From positions 1 through 27,048 of the forward strand of contig PXUB01000049.1 in the NCBI GenBank assembly GCA_003009755.1: a stretch of DNA of 27,048 bases. Direction: 5' to 3'. This document shows, in pieces, positions 1 to 8,581 of the stretch. The first letter of the stretch is position 1, and each line of letters begins with the position of its first letter. Both the position numbers and the translations under genes were made by a program. The DNA comes from Thermoplasmatales archaeon SW_10_69_26 (GTDB taxonomy: Archaea; Thermoplasmatota; SW-10-69-26). Below the pieces are notes generated by a model. It did no database searches. It was not told where the DNA came from and was given only the letters and a program-made list of their open reading frames with translations.

Positions 1-24
1 CCGATGTCCGGTCGATCCCAAGGG

Positions 25-62
25 GTGAGAGCGCGCGTGTCCGCTGACCCGTGGATTGAAAC
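25..62 (+). CRISPR. Single CRISPR-like direct repeat (possible terminal repeat of an array lying left of the window)
   Basis: GTGAGAGCGCGCGTGTCCGCTGACCCGTGGATTGAAAC: 37-38 nt, ends in the ATTGAAAC 3' handle typical of Cas6/Cas5-processed repeats, with a short stem TCCGC(40-44)/GTGGA(51-55) just before it. Only one copy seen and no cas genes in the window. Confidence 0.45.
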
Positions 63-75
63 TACAGGCGGGCGG

Positions 76-198
76 TCAGCGGGACAGCTGGGTGCGGAGG
101 GACCGGAACCGTCGGGCCTCGACGGACTCGGCGACGAGCCCGACGAGGAACGTCATCGCGACGATCGAGGCGGGGATCCATTCGTACACGTCGGCCAC
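76..198 (-). CDS. Small single-pass membrane protein (40 aa: MADVYEWIPASIVAMTFLVGLVAESVEARRFRSLRTQLSR)
   Basis: Translated by hand (below the ORF-track cutoff). GTG start at 198 (alternative 204), TGA at 76-78, GC3-rich codons, hydrophobic helix then basic tail, TATA at 225-228. Confidence 0.55.
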   Translation of the reverse strand: MADVYEWIPASIVAMTFLVGLVAESVEARRFRSLRTQLSR

Positions 199-262
199 CG
201 CCACAGGCTCTGCTGGCCGGTGGGTATAGGCAACTCGGATACGCGCGTGAAGCGAGCCGACC

Positions 263-703
263 TCAGCCGCCCTCGAAGGTCACCGTCTCCTTGGGACCGG
301 CCGGCGTGAGGTGGACGACGTCGAGATCCTCGTCGCGCAGGCGCTGGGCGAGGAAGCGTCGGTGGCAGGAGGAGACGTCCGGGCAGGCGCACAGGATCAA
401 GCTGGGACCCGTGCGGACCTGTTCAAGCAGGGTCTCGTAGGCATCCTGGAAGTCGTCGGTCTCCATGTACTCGGGGTAGGGCTCGGGCTGGAAGTCGCCC
501 AGCGCGGCCAGGTGCAGGTAGCCGATGTCCTCGGCGGCGAGGGCCTGCTCGAGCTCGTCGCCGCTGAAGCCCTCCTGGCTGGAGTCGGCGAGCGCTCGCA
601 CGTCGAGCACGCGGTCGACGCCGTGTTCCTCCAACAGCCCCAGGAACTCGGGGAGGGTCTTGTCGGCGTAACCCGCCGTCAGCGTGGCGTCGCCCTCGGG
701 CAT
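263..703 (-). CDS. DUF488 family protein
   Basis: TAGY...EFLGLL..HGVDRVLDVR, IGYLHLAALG and LILCAC....CHRRFLA motifs. ATG at 703, TTAT-type box near 729-733. Confidence 0.88.
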   Translation of the reverse strand: MPEGDATLTAGYADKTLPEFLGLLEEHGVDRVLDVRALADSSQEGFSGDELEQALAAEDIGYLHLAALGDFQPEPYPEYMETDDFQDAYETLLEQVRTGPSLILCACPDVSSCHRRFLAQRLRDEDLDVVHLTPAGPKETVTFEGG

Positions 704-802
704 CACGCCACAACTCCCTGGCTCCCGCATAAGCCCTGTGTTCTCGTGGACCGACGAACGGGAACCGGAAGCCTTTCCTCGGCGCTTGCGCGTGCCGGGA
801 TC

Positions 803-1117
803 ATGAGGGATCGCGGGGCCGTCTGCTTCGAGCCGGTCGACGAGACCGAGGAACCGACGACGGACAGCGTCGATCTGCCCACGAGGGAGACCGAGTCGAC
901 GACGGACCGCTCGGCCGACGTCGACCGCAGCCAGGAGGCCGAACGCGATCGGTACCCGCTGGCGGGTCCGATCCTCGAGGGCACCGGATCGCGCGTGCTT
1001 CGCGGTCGATGCTCGGGATGCGAGGCCCGGCTGCGCGTGCGCCTGGGGGGAGACCAAGCCGGACCCGTGAGGGTTCGCTGTCCGATCTGCGGGAAGACGC
1101 GGTCGGTGGACGTGTGA
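803..1117 (+). CDS. Hypothetical protein with C-terminal Zn-ribbon
   Basis: Acidic N-terminus, then CSGC and CPIC pairs separated by about 20 aa. Divergent from the DUF488 gene. Confidence 0.75.
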   Translation: MRDRGAVCFEPVDETEEPTTDSVDLPTRETESTTDRSADVDRSQEAERDRYPLAGPILEGTGSRVLRGRCSGCEARLRVRLGGDQAGPVRVRCPICGKTRSVDV

Positions 1118-1120
1118 GCC

Positions 1121-2822
1121 TCAGTCGGTCACGACCTCGCCGGTGACGGCGTCCACGAACACGGTCCCGTCGGGACCCTCGACGCGCCATCGAGGAGCGT
1201 AGGCCTTGCCAAGACGGTCGACAGCGAGCGCCTCGGGATCGGGTTCGAGCTGGACACGCTCGATGACGGCCGATTCGTTGTAGTCCTGCCGTCGCTCGTC
1301 GCGGCGCTCGAGCGAGTCGAGCAGGTGTTCGCGGGCGGCGGCCTGCGTCTCGTCTCCGCTCATCGAGCCATCGAAGCGCTCGTGGGGTTGATCGAGCTCG
1401 GCGACGCGGTCGCCGGCGGGGGCGCGCACGACGGCCCCGGACTGCGTGGAGACCCACACGCGGCCTTCGTCCTCGCGCTCGGCGCCGTCGCCGACGAGGC
1501 GGGCCTGGTAGCGGTAGACGCGGAAGGGCAAAAGCTCCAGCCGGGCGTCGTCGGCCTCGAACAGGGCCTCCTCGGCCTCGCGGAGAGCCTCGTCCCGGTC
1601 GACCTGGGGCTCGATCGTGGTCCCCGATACGAAGGACGGATCCTCGGATCTCGCGCCGGCGGCGGCCGCCGGGCTGTCGACGGCGTCCGGTGGCGAGCTC
1701 GTGGAGGGGTCCGTCGTCTCGGGGTCGGGCGTCGACTCCGAGGGGGAGCCCCGGGCGGTGGAGGCGGGCTCCGGCTCGGGCGGCTCGGCGTCGGGTTCGG
1801 GCCGCGAGGTCGAGGGCTCGGGGTCGAGGATCTCGGCGTCGCTGCCATCCTCGGCCGGCATGGGATCCTTCTCGGCCCCTCGAGGCTGGGTCGGTTCGGC
1901 CGCCGGGTCAGCCTGCTGGGGTTGGTGAGACTGTCGAGGTTGTTGGGACTGCTCGGCCGGTTGCGGCTCACCGGCACCGCCGGGGTCGGTCTGTTCGGAG
2001 CGTTGGCTGTGGGCCCGTTGCGAGCGCTCGGGGTCGGCCTCGGGCTCGTCGTCCTCCTCGACGAGCAGCTCGGCGTCGCCGTCGTCGACGGCGCCTTGTT
2101 CCATGAGCTGTTCGGCGCGCTCGAGCATGTCTTCGGGGTCGACGAGCTCGCGGTGGTCGACGTCCTCGGTGGGATCGGCGGGGTCGGCTCCGCCGTCGTC
2201 GGCCTCGGGCTCGTCGGGGGTCGCCTCCGTCTCGGTGTCGGGTTCGGGGGCGGGCTGGGAGGGCCCTCGGCGCCGAGCGGTCGGGGGAGGCCGCAGGCTC
2301 CGGGTCGGCGCTCGTGGATTGCGCGGATCCCTGTGGCTGCTCGCGAGGCTCGCCGGTCTCGCGGTTGGGGTTGGGGGCGCCCATCGGTTCGGCCTCCTGG
2401 TCGTCGGTGGCGACGTCGTAGGGTTCGACAGGCGAGGGGCCGATGTCGTCGGGGTCGGTCCCAGCCGATCGATGCATGGAGAGCACGTGGGCGCCGACGG
2501 CTTCCTGGGCCTCCTGTGGGCTCCAGACGTCGACCCGGTCGGCCCCGGGCGCCTCGGGCGTGTGGTCGGCGCCGTCGAGGGCGATGACGATCGCGCCGTC
2601 GAGGCCAGCGTCGTCGACGATCGAGGCGATGGCCTGCACGTCCTCGTCGCGGACCGTCCGCGAGGCGAGCACGTCCACCAGGAAGCGTTGCCCGTCCCGG
2701 TGGGCTAACAGCGACACCGGGTAGGAGGCGCCGGATGCGCCGTCCAGCGGGGGAGCGTCCTCGACATCGTAACCGCGTGCGCTCAGCGTGTCGGCGAGGA
2801 GACTCGAGAGGTCCACAGGCAT
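1121..2822 (-). pseudogene. Mrr-like restriction-endonuclease-fold protein with long acidic linker, interrupted by a +1 frameshift near 2245-2290 (may be a sequence error)
   Basis: N-terminal part (ATG 2822; LSARGYDVE..G.SG.SYPVSLLA..DGQRFLVDV) is in ORF 1968..2999. The acidic, codon-typical sequence continues in the frame of ORF 1121..2128, ending in two V(S/D)xx(S/T)G beta motifs. TTAAA box at 2854-2858. Confidence 0.6.
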
Positions 2823-2889
2823 CCCATCCAGGCCAGGAAGGCCGCGTGCGGCGTTTAAGGGTTGTGGAACTGGTTCGCGCCGAGTTGTC

Positions 2890-4302
2890 CTACACGCGGG
2901 CCTTGAGCTGGTGGTCGAGGGCGCGGTTGAGGGCGGCGAGGAAGTCGGACTCGGTGCCCTTGGGGATCGTGGCGCCGGCGGCGCCGTCGTGGCCGCCACC
3001 CTCGCCTCCGGTGCTCTGGGCGGCGTCGGCGACGGCTTCGGAGAGCTTGACGCCGCGGGAGACGAGGCCCTTGGGGGCGCGCGTGGAGACCTTGACCTCG
3101 TTCTCCGAGCGGTGGGCGAACCCGACGGTCACGGCGTCGTCGTCGCTTTGGCGGCGGCCGGACACCATGCCGGCGACGATCCCCACGATCGTGTCGCGGA
3201 TGTGGTCCTCGCCGTGGAAGTACTCGAGCTGGCCGACGCGCTCGAGGCCTTGGTCGAGCACGTGGTCGACGCCCTGCACGAGCGCGCGTCGGTGGCCGTC
3301 CATGAGCTCGTGGGCCTCCGCGAGCGCTTCGTCGCGGTCGCCTTTCACCAGCGCCATGCCGACGTCGGCGCGGTCGTAGCGGGCCGTGCTGTTCAGCAGG
3401 GTGGCGAACTCCTTGGCGTCGTGGAGCTGGGTCCCGACCGGTTCCTGGGGGAGCTGGTAGACCTCGCCGAACAGGCGGCGGACGGCGTCGGAGCCTTCGC
3501 CGTTGGCGATCACGCGGCGCACGGCGGCCGAGATCAGCCGGCTTTTCTCGTCGTGGTCGAGGTGGACCCAGGCGCGGTCCTCGCCGTCGGGGTCCCTGCG
3601 GGGGACCTCGTGCTCGGCGAGGAACTGGATGGCGGCGGTGGCGGACCCGCTGACGCCGGGGATCTCGGGATCGTCGGCGTACTGGAAGAACTTGTGGAGT
3701 TCGCGGGTCTCACGGCCGTAGAGGGTGACATCGCGGATCGGGTCGACGGTGAGCGCGTCCGAGGCGTACTGGACGATCGATCGGTTGAGGCCGACCAGGC
3801 GGTTGGCTTTGGCGTTCTGCAGGTCGCCGACGGCGCCGACGATCGCCATGGCGGCGAGCTCGCCGGCGGTCTCGTCGTCGACTAGGTGGCGGGCGATGCC
3901 CCACGTCAGTCCGGCCCCGGAGACCTCGACGGACCCGTCGAGGCCCCAGTAGTGCGGGTTGACGTGGTGGTTGGGACCTTCCTCGGGGCCTTTCGGGGGT
4001 TCGTGGTGGTCGGCGATGATCCACTCGCGGTCGATGAAGTTGTCCGCGACACCGCTGCCGAGGTCGACCATCCAGGCGGTGGCGGGGTTCTCGTCGAGCA
4101 GGTCCCCGGCCTCGGGCTTGCCCATGGTCTTGACGAAGGTGACCTCGTGGGGGATGCCGGCCTCGGTCATCGCGCGACTGGCGATCCCGGCCGCGCACAA
4201 CCCGTCGGCGTCGATGTGGCCCACGAGGTGCACCTCGTCGGCCTCGGCCAGACGGTCGGCTGCTTCCCGGCTGGCATCCTTGATCGCGTGCGCATCCCGC
4301 AA
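2890..4302 (-). CDS. recJ: RecJ-like DHH/DHHA1 single-stranded exonuclease
   Basis: HIDADG, VDLGS, ADHH, GAVGDLQ and GGGHDGAAG motifs intact. Start taken as TTG at 4302 after GGGGA. Confidence 0.9.
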   Translation of the reverse strand: MRDAHAIKDASREAADRLAEADEVHLVGHIDADGLCAAGIASRAMTEAGIPHEVTFVKTMGKPEAGDLLDENPATAWMVDLGSGVADNFIDREWIIADHHEPPKGPEEGPNHHVNPHYWGLDGSVEVSGAGLTWGIARHLVDDETAGELAAMAIVGAVGDLQNAKANRLVGLNRSIVQYASDALTVDPIRDVTLYGRETRELHKFFQYADDPEIPGVSGSATAAIQFLAEHEVPRRDPDGEDRAWVHLDHDEKSRLISAAVRRVIANGEGSDAVRRLFGEVYQLPQEPVGTQLHDAKEFATLLNSTARYDRADVGMALVKGDRDEALAEAHELMDGHRRALVQGVDHVLDQGLERVGQLEYFHGEDHIRDTIVGIVAGMVSGRRQSDDDAVTVGFAHRSENEVKVSTRAPKGLVSRGVKLSEAVADAAQSTGGEGGGHDGAAGATIPKGTESDFLAALNRALDHQLKARV

Positions 4303-4374
4303 GGTAGTCCCCGTGCGTGCAACGAGCCGTTTGGGGGGATAAGGGTTTCCCGGAAGCGGTGCACTCTCCCGGAC

Positions 4375-5202
4375 GTGTCGAACGAGGAGAAGTCGACGGG
4401 CGACGTGGCCGTGATCGGCGCCGGCAACATGGGCACGGCGTTGATCCGCGGCTTGCTTGGTTCGGGCTGGACGAACGATCAGATCCTGGCCACCGGCCCC
4501 GATCCGGCCAAGATGGCCGACCTCGAGGAGACGCTGGGCGTTCAGACGGCCACCGAGAACCGCAAGGGCGCGGCCTTCGGCGAGACGGTCGTGATGGCGG
4601 TCAAGCCCCAGATCATCGACGGCGTGCTGGACGAGGTCGCCGACAGTTTGCAGCCGGGCGCGCTCGTCGTCTCGGTCGCGGCCGGCATCCCGACGGACCG
4701 GATCGAGGCGCAGTTGACCGGCGACCAGCCGGTCGTGCGCACGATGCCGAACCTTCCGGCCACCGTGGGCTACGGCGCGACCGCGATGTGCGCTGGCGAC
4801 CACGCCGACGCCGAGCACCTGGTGACGACGCGGCGCCTGTTCGAGAGCGTGGGCAGCGTCGTCGGGGTCGACGAGTCGCTGATGGACGCGGTGACCGGCT
4901 TGTCGGGCACCGGCCCGATGTACGTGTTCCAGATCATCGAGGGCCTCTCGGATGCCGGCGTCAAGGTCGGTCTCTCTCGCGAGGACGCGCACGAGCTGGC
5001 GATGCAGACCGTGCTCGGGGCAGCCGTGATGGCGCGCGAGTCCGGCCAGCACCCGGCCGAGCTCAAGGACCGGGTGACCTCACCCGCCGGGACGGGCATC
5101 ACGGCGCTGCACGAGATGGAGCGCGGCGGGCTCCGTGCGCTGTTGATCGACGCGGTCGAGGCCGCGACCGATCGCAGCCGCGAGCTCGGCGATCACGGCT
5201 GA
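4375..5202 (+). CDS. proC: Pyrroline-5-carboxylate reductase
   Basis: IGAGNMG, AVKPQ, SVAAGI, RTMPN, DAVTGLSG.GP and VTSP.GT motifs. GTG start at 4375. Confidence 0.96.
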   Translation: MSNEEKSTGDVAVIGAGNMGTALIRGLLGSGWTNDQILATGPDPAKMADLEETLGVQTATENRKGAAFGETVVMAVKPQIIDGVLDEVADSLQPGALVVSVAAGIPTDRIEAQLTGDQPVVRTMPNLPATVGYGATAMCAGDHADAEHLVTTRRLFESVGSVVGVDESLMDAVTGLSGTGPMYVFQIIEGLSDAGVKVGLSREDAHELAMQTVLGAAVMARESGQHPAELKDRVTSPAGTGITALHEMERGGLRALLIDAVEAATDRSRELGDHG

Positions 5203-5540
5203 CGCCGGCCAGCCAGCACCGCCAGCGCGCCGGCGACGGCCACGGTCGCGCTCGCCGCGAAGCCGGGGGCGTCGTTCGTCTGCTCGTCGCCGGTGTCCGA
5301 GGAGGCGTTGGATCGGTCCCCGTCACCGCCGTCGTCCTGGCCGGTGTCCTCCTCGGCGGCGAGCTCCTGGGTCGCCTGGGAGGTGTTGTCGACCTGTTGC
5401 TCGTACTCGGCGAAGGGGTCCTCACCCTCGAAGGGATCCTCCTCCTCGGCGAAGGGGTCCTCCTCGCGCTCCTGAGCGAGCGCCAGGGGGGTGGCGGCGA
5501 GCAGGCACACCGCCAGCGTGACCCCGACCAGGGGCTTCAT
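5193..5540 (-). CDS. Small secreted acidic protein with PGF-CTERM sorting signal
   Basis: Signal peptide (MKPLVGVTLAVCLLAATPLALA), three EDPF repeats, C-terminal APGF + hydrophobic helix + RR. GGAGG SD and ATGA overlap with the upstream gene. Confidence 0.82.
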   Translation of the reverse strand: MKPLVGVTLAVCLLAATPLALAQEREEDPFAEEEDPFEGEDPFAEYEQQVDNTSQATQELAAEEDTGQDDGGDGDRSNASSDTGDEQTNDAPGFAASATVAVAGALAVLAGRRQP

Positions 5541-7066
5541 CGGTCCTCCCCTCCGCGGTCGAAGTCGGCGAAGGACGGGCACAGATCGAGGGCGCGTTCA
5601 GGCAGCAGGTCGCCGGGGTTGGCGTCGAAGAGGCCGTGGCGGGCGATGGCGTCGAGGGCGGCGCCCTCGGCCTTCTGGCAGGCGGTTTCGCGCGCGTCCT
5701 CGGCCTTGTCCTTGAACGAGCTTTTGAGCTCCTTGTGGCGTTGGGTGATGTCGGTCTTCAGCTCGTCGAGGCCGGCGCGGGCCTCGGCCAGGCACGAGCG
5801 CAGCTCGTCGTTGCGGTCGCCGGGGTCGGCGTCGTCGGGGATCTGGGCCCGGCAGTCCTCGTAATCCTGGCGCAACTGGTCCTTGTTGTCCTGGTACTCC
5901 GCGCGCAGGTCGTCGACCTGCGCCTCGTAGTCCCCGCGCATGTCGTCGAGCTGTTGGCGGAACGTCTGGGCGGCGTCCTGCAGGGTCTCGGCGATCTGGG
6001 AGCGCGCCTGGCTGCGGGCCTGGGACTTGTCCTCGCCGAACAGGTGCTCGTCACCCACGTCGTCGGTCTCGACGGGCTGGCGCTGGGTCCGCTCTCGCTC
6101 GTCGGCGTCGGTCTCGCGGATCTCGGACTCGCTGGTGTCGGGCTCGCGGGCGTCGGCTGGGTGGCGGTCGGGGATCTCGCACAGGAAGGTGCCGTCGCCG
6201 CGGTCCCGGCATTCGGGCGGGGGCGTGCAGCGCTCGGTCTCCCCGATCTCGTCTGCGCACTCGGCGGGCGGTTCGCACACGACCGTGCCGCGCTCGGGCC
6301 CGGGTTCGCACGAGGGGCCGGTCTCGGGCTCGTGCTCGGTCGTCGGCTCGCGGGCGTCCTCGGGCGGCGTGCAGACCATGCGCCCGTCGCGCGATTCGCA
6401 CTCCGGCGGGAGCTGGCAGCGATCCGTCGTGGCGTCTTCACAGTCCGGCGGGAGCGGGCACACGAGGGTGCCATCGGGCCCGGGTTGACAGTCCTCGCTC
6501 GTGGTCTCGGCCTCGTGGTCCGCCTCGCGGCGGTCCTCGCGGGCCTGGTCGGGCGGCCCCTCGCCCGCGCTCGTCGGGCAGCGGTAGAGGTCCTCGCGGA
6601 CGGGTTCGCAGGAGGTGGGCGGTCGGCAGTCGGGCGATCGGCGGCACTCCTCGGTCGGTCGGCACACGAGCTCGCCGATCTCCTCGTCGAGCCGGCACTC
6701 GGCGGCGGGGCCGGAGATCTCGGCGGATCGGGACCCGTCCTCGCTGCGGATCAGCTCCGGCTCGTTGGCATCGGTGGTCTCGGTCGTCTCCGCATCCGCC
6801 TTCGCGTTGACGTCGTCGGGCGGTTCGCAGCGGACGGTGGTCTCGTCCCGCCACTCGCACTCGGGGGGCGGCTGGCACTCCTCGTCGGCGCGGCATTCCT
6901 CGGGGACCTGGCAGATGGAGGCCTCGGTCCCGTCGTCGGCCGGCCGGCAGTCGGGTTCGGTCTCCTCGACGAGGGCCCCTGCGGCGGGGGCCGTCCCGGA
7001 GCCGACGAGCAGTGCGAACGTGACGAGGCCCGCCAACAACCGTTTCGCTTGGGCAGCAACCACCAT
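5537..7066 (-). CDS. Secreted Cys-rich repeat protein with C-terminal helical domain
   Basis: ATG 7066, signal peptide (KRLLAGLVTFALLVGSGTAPAAG), four repeats of about 42-47 aa with 6 Cys each, then an amphipathic helical region with 4 Cys. Confidence 0.82.
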   Translation of the reverse strand: MVVAAQAKRLLAGLVTFALLVGSGTAPAAGALVEETEPDCRPADDGTEASICQVPEECRADEECQPPPECEWRDETTVRCEPPDDVNAKADAETTETTDANEPELIRSEDGSRSAEISGPAAECRLDEEIGELVCRPTEECRRSPDCRPPTSCEPVREDLYRCPTSAGEGPPDQAREDRREADHEAETTSEDCQPGPDGTLVCPLPPDCEDATTDRCQLPPECESRDGRMVCTPPEDAREPTTEHEPETGPSCEPGPERGTVVCEPPAECADEIGETERCTPPPECRDRGDGTFLCEIPDRHPADAREPDTSESEIRETDADERERTQRQPVETDDVGDEHLFGEDKSQARSQARSQIAETLQDAAQTFRQQLDDMRGDYEAQVDDLRAEYQDNKDQLRQDYEDCRAQIPDDADPGDRNDELRSCLAEARAGLDELKTDITQRHKELKSSFKDKAEDARETACQKAEGAALDAIARHGLFDANPGDLLPERALDLCPSFADFDRGGEDR

Positions 7067-7184
7067 GCCGTCCCCGTGGCTCCCACCCACCGGTCTTGTA
7101 AGCGTTTCGCCAGGGCCTCGCTCGGCTCGGCCGACCCCCGATCGAGGGCACAGCTCCAAGTACGGGGCCGAGATAGAGGTCGGC

Positions 7185-8123
7185 GTGCAGTGCTCGGCCT
7201 GCGAGAGCCCGGCGGTCACCCATCTGGATTACGCGGGGCGTGACCTGTGCGCCGACCACTTCCAGCGGCTCGTCGAGAGCCGATTCAAGAAGCAGCTGCG
7301 CGAGCAACTGGAGGCCCTGGGCGCGGGCGAGGGCGCCAGGATCGCGGTCGGGTTGTCCGGCGGCAAGGACTCGAGCACGTTGACGGCGCTGCTCGTGGAC
7401 GCCCTGGGCCCGGACCCGCGCTTCGAGATCGTGCCGATCAGCGTGGACGAGGGGATCCCCGGTTACCGCGGGCCCGCGCTATCGTCGGCCGAGGAGCTGG
7501 CCGACCAGCTGGATCTCGATCTCCGCGTCGTCTCGCACGAGGACGATCACGGGTGGACGACCGACGAGGTCGCCCAGACCGAGACCGAGGGCAAGCCGTG
7601 CGGAACGTGTGGCGTGTTCCGCCGCTCCTCGTTGAACCAGGCCGCCCGCGACGAGGACTGCGATGTGCTGGCGGTCGGCCACAACCTCGACGATTGCGCG
7701 GAGACGACGCTGATGAACCTGCTGCGGTCCGACCTGGAGCAGGTGCTCCGCACCGGCCCGCACGAGCAGGCACCCGAGGGCCTGATCCCGCGCGTGAAAC
7801 CGTTGCGCAGCTGCACCGAGCGCGAGGTTGCCCTCTATGGTGTGATCGAGGAGCTGCCCTACCACGGTGCCGAGTGCCCGCACGCGGCCGAGGCAACCCG
7901 GCGCACCTACCGCTCGCTGTTGCTGGACCTGGTCGACCACGAGCCCAGCGCCCGCCACCGTCTGCTGAGCCTGGAGGACAAGCTCAAGGACCGGTTGGAC
8001 GCCGGCGAGGCCGACGAGACCGAGCTGGAGCCGTGCCCGGAGTGTGGGGAACCCAGCGCCGGCGGCGAGTGCCGAGCCTGCCAGCTGGCGGCCGAGCTCG
8101 AGGCCGCCCACGCCGACGCCTGA
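7185..8123 (+). CDS. ncsA: tRNA 2-thiolation enzyme NcsA/TtuA (TIGR00269-like PP-loop)
   Basis: N-terminal CSAC..C..H Zn finger, SGGKDS, PCGTCGVFRR, GHNLDD, CPHA and C-terminal CPECG..CRAC. GAGGT SD before GTG 7185. Confidence 0.9.
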   Translation: MQCSACESPAVTHLDYAGRDLCADHFQRLVESRFKKQLREQLEALGAGEGARIAVGLSGGKDSSTLTALLVDALGPDPRFEIVPISVDEGIPGYRGPALSSAEELADQLDLDLRVVSHEDDHGWTTDEVAQTETEGKPCGTCGVFRRSSLNQAARDEDCDVLAVGHNLDDCAETTLMNLLRSDLEQVLRTGPHEQAPEGLIPRVKPLRSCTEREVALYGVIEELPYHGAECPHAAEATRRTYRSLLLDLVDHEPSARHRLLSLEDKLKDRLDAGEADETELEPCPECGEPSAGGECRACQLAAELEAAHADA

Positions 8124-8191
8124 CGGGAGCTCCGCGGGGGCCTCGACCGGGAGTCTTATTTCGGGGGTGGTCGTTGGTTCGCCGAGTTCCC

Positions 8192-8581
8192 ATGGGACGC
8201 AGCCCGTTCGTGCGCAAGAACACGCTGTGGATGAGCACCGTCGCCACGCTGATCGGTCTCGTGTTCACGGTGCTCGCTTTCCTGCACGACGGTCAACCGA
8301 GCGGCTGGACGGCCTTTTATGAGTCCGCCGTACCGAGCCAGCCGGGCCAGGACTGGAACCTGGCCGTGCAGATCCTGGCGCCGGTCGTCCTGTTCACCGG
8401 CTTGTGGTATCTGGTCGAGCAGATCAAGGCGCGTCGCAAGGTCGACAGGATCCTCGGCCTGGAGAAGAAAAGCGAGTTCAACGAGCGCCTGCCGGAGGCG
8501 CGCGAGGAGATCCCCAAGCTCCCGAACCGGTACGAGGAGCGGCTCGACGAGAAGCAAAAGGACTTCCGTTCCCGACGATGA
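8192..8581 (+). CDS. Two-TM membrane protein, DUF3198-like
   Basis: Two hydrophobic helices, then GLWY...ARRK...KKSEF...LP.RY, the pattern I recall for the Thermoplasmata DUF3198 family. TTATTT at 8156-8161. Confidence 0.72.
   Translation: MGRSPFVRKNTLWMSTVATLIGLVFTVLAFLHDGQPSGWTAFYESAVPSQPGQDWNLAVQILAPVVLFTGLWYLVEQIKARRKVDRILGLEKKSEFNERLPEAREEIPKLPNRYEERLDEKQKDFRSRR

Noticed and set aside
4303-5052. N-terminal extension of the RecJ ORF to 720 aa
   Set aside because: It overlaps proC on the opposite strand. DHH homology starts near 4302.
5193-7066. Cys-rich and PGF-CTERM genes as one frameshifted gene
   Set aside because: The downstream ORF has its own SD, ATG and complete signal peptide.
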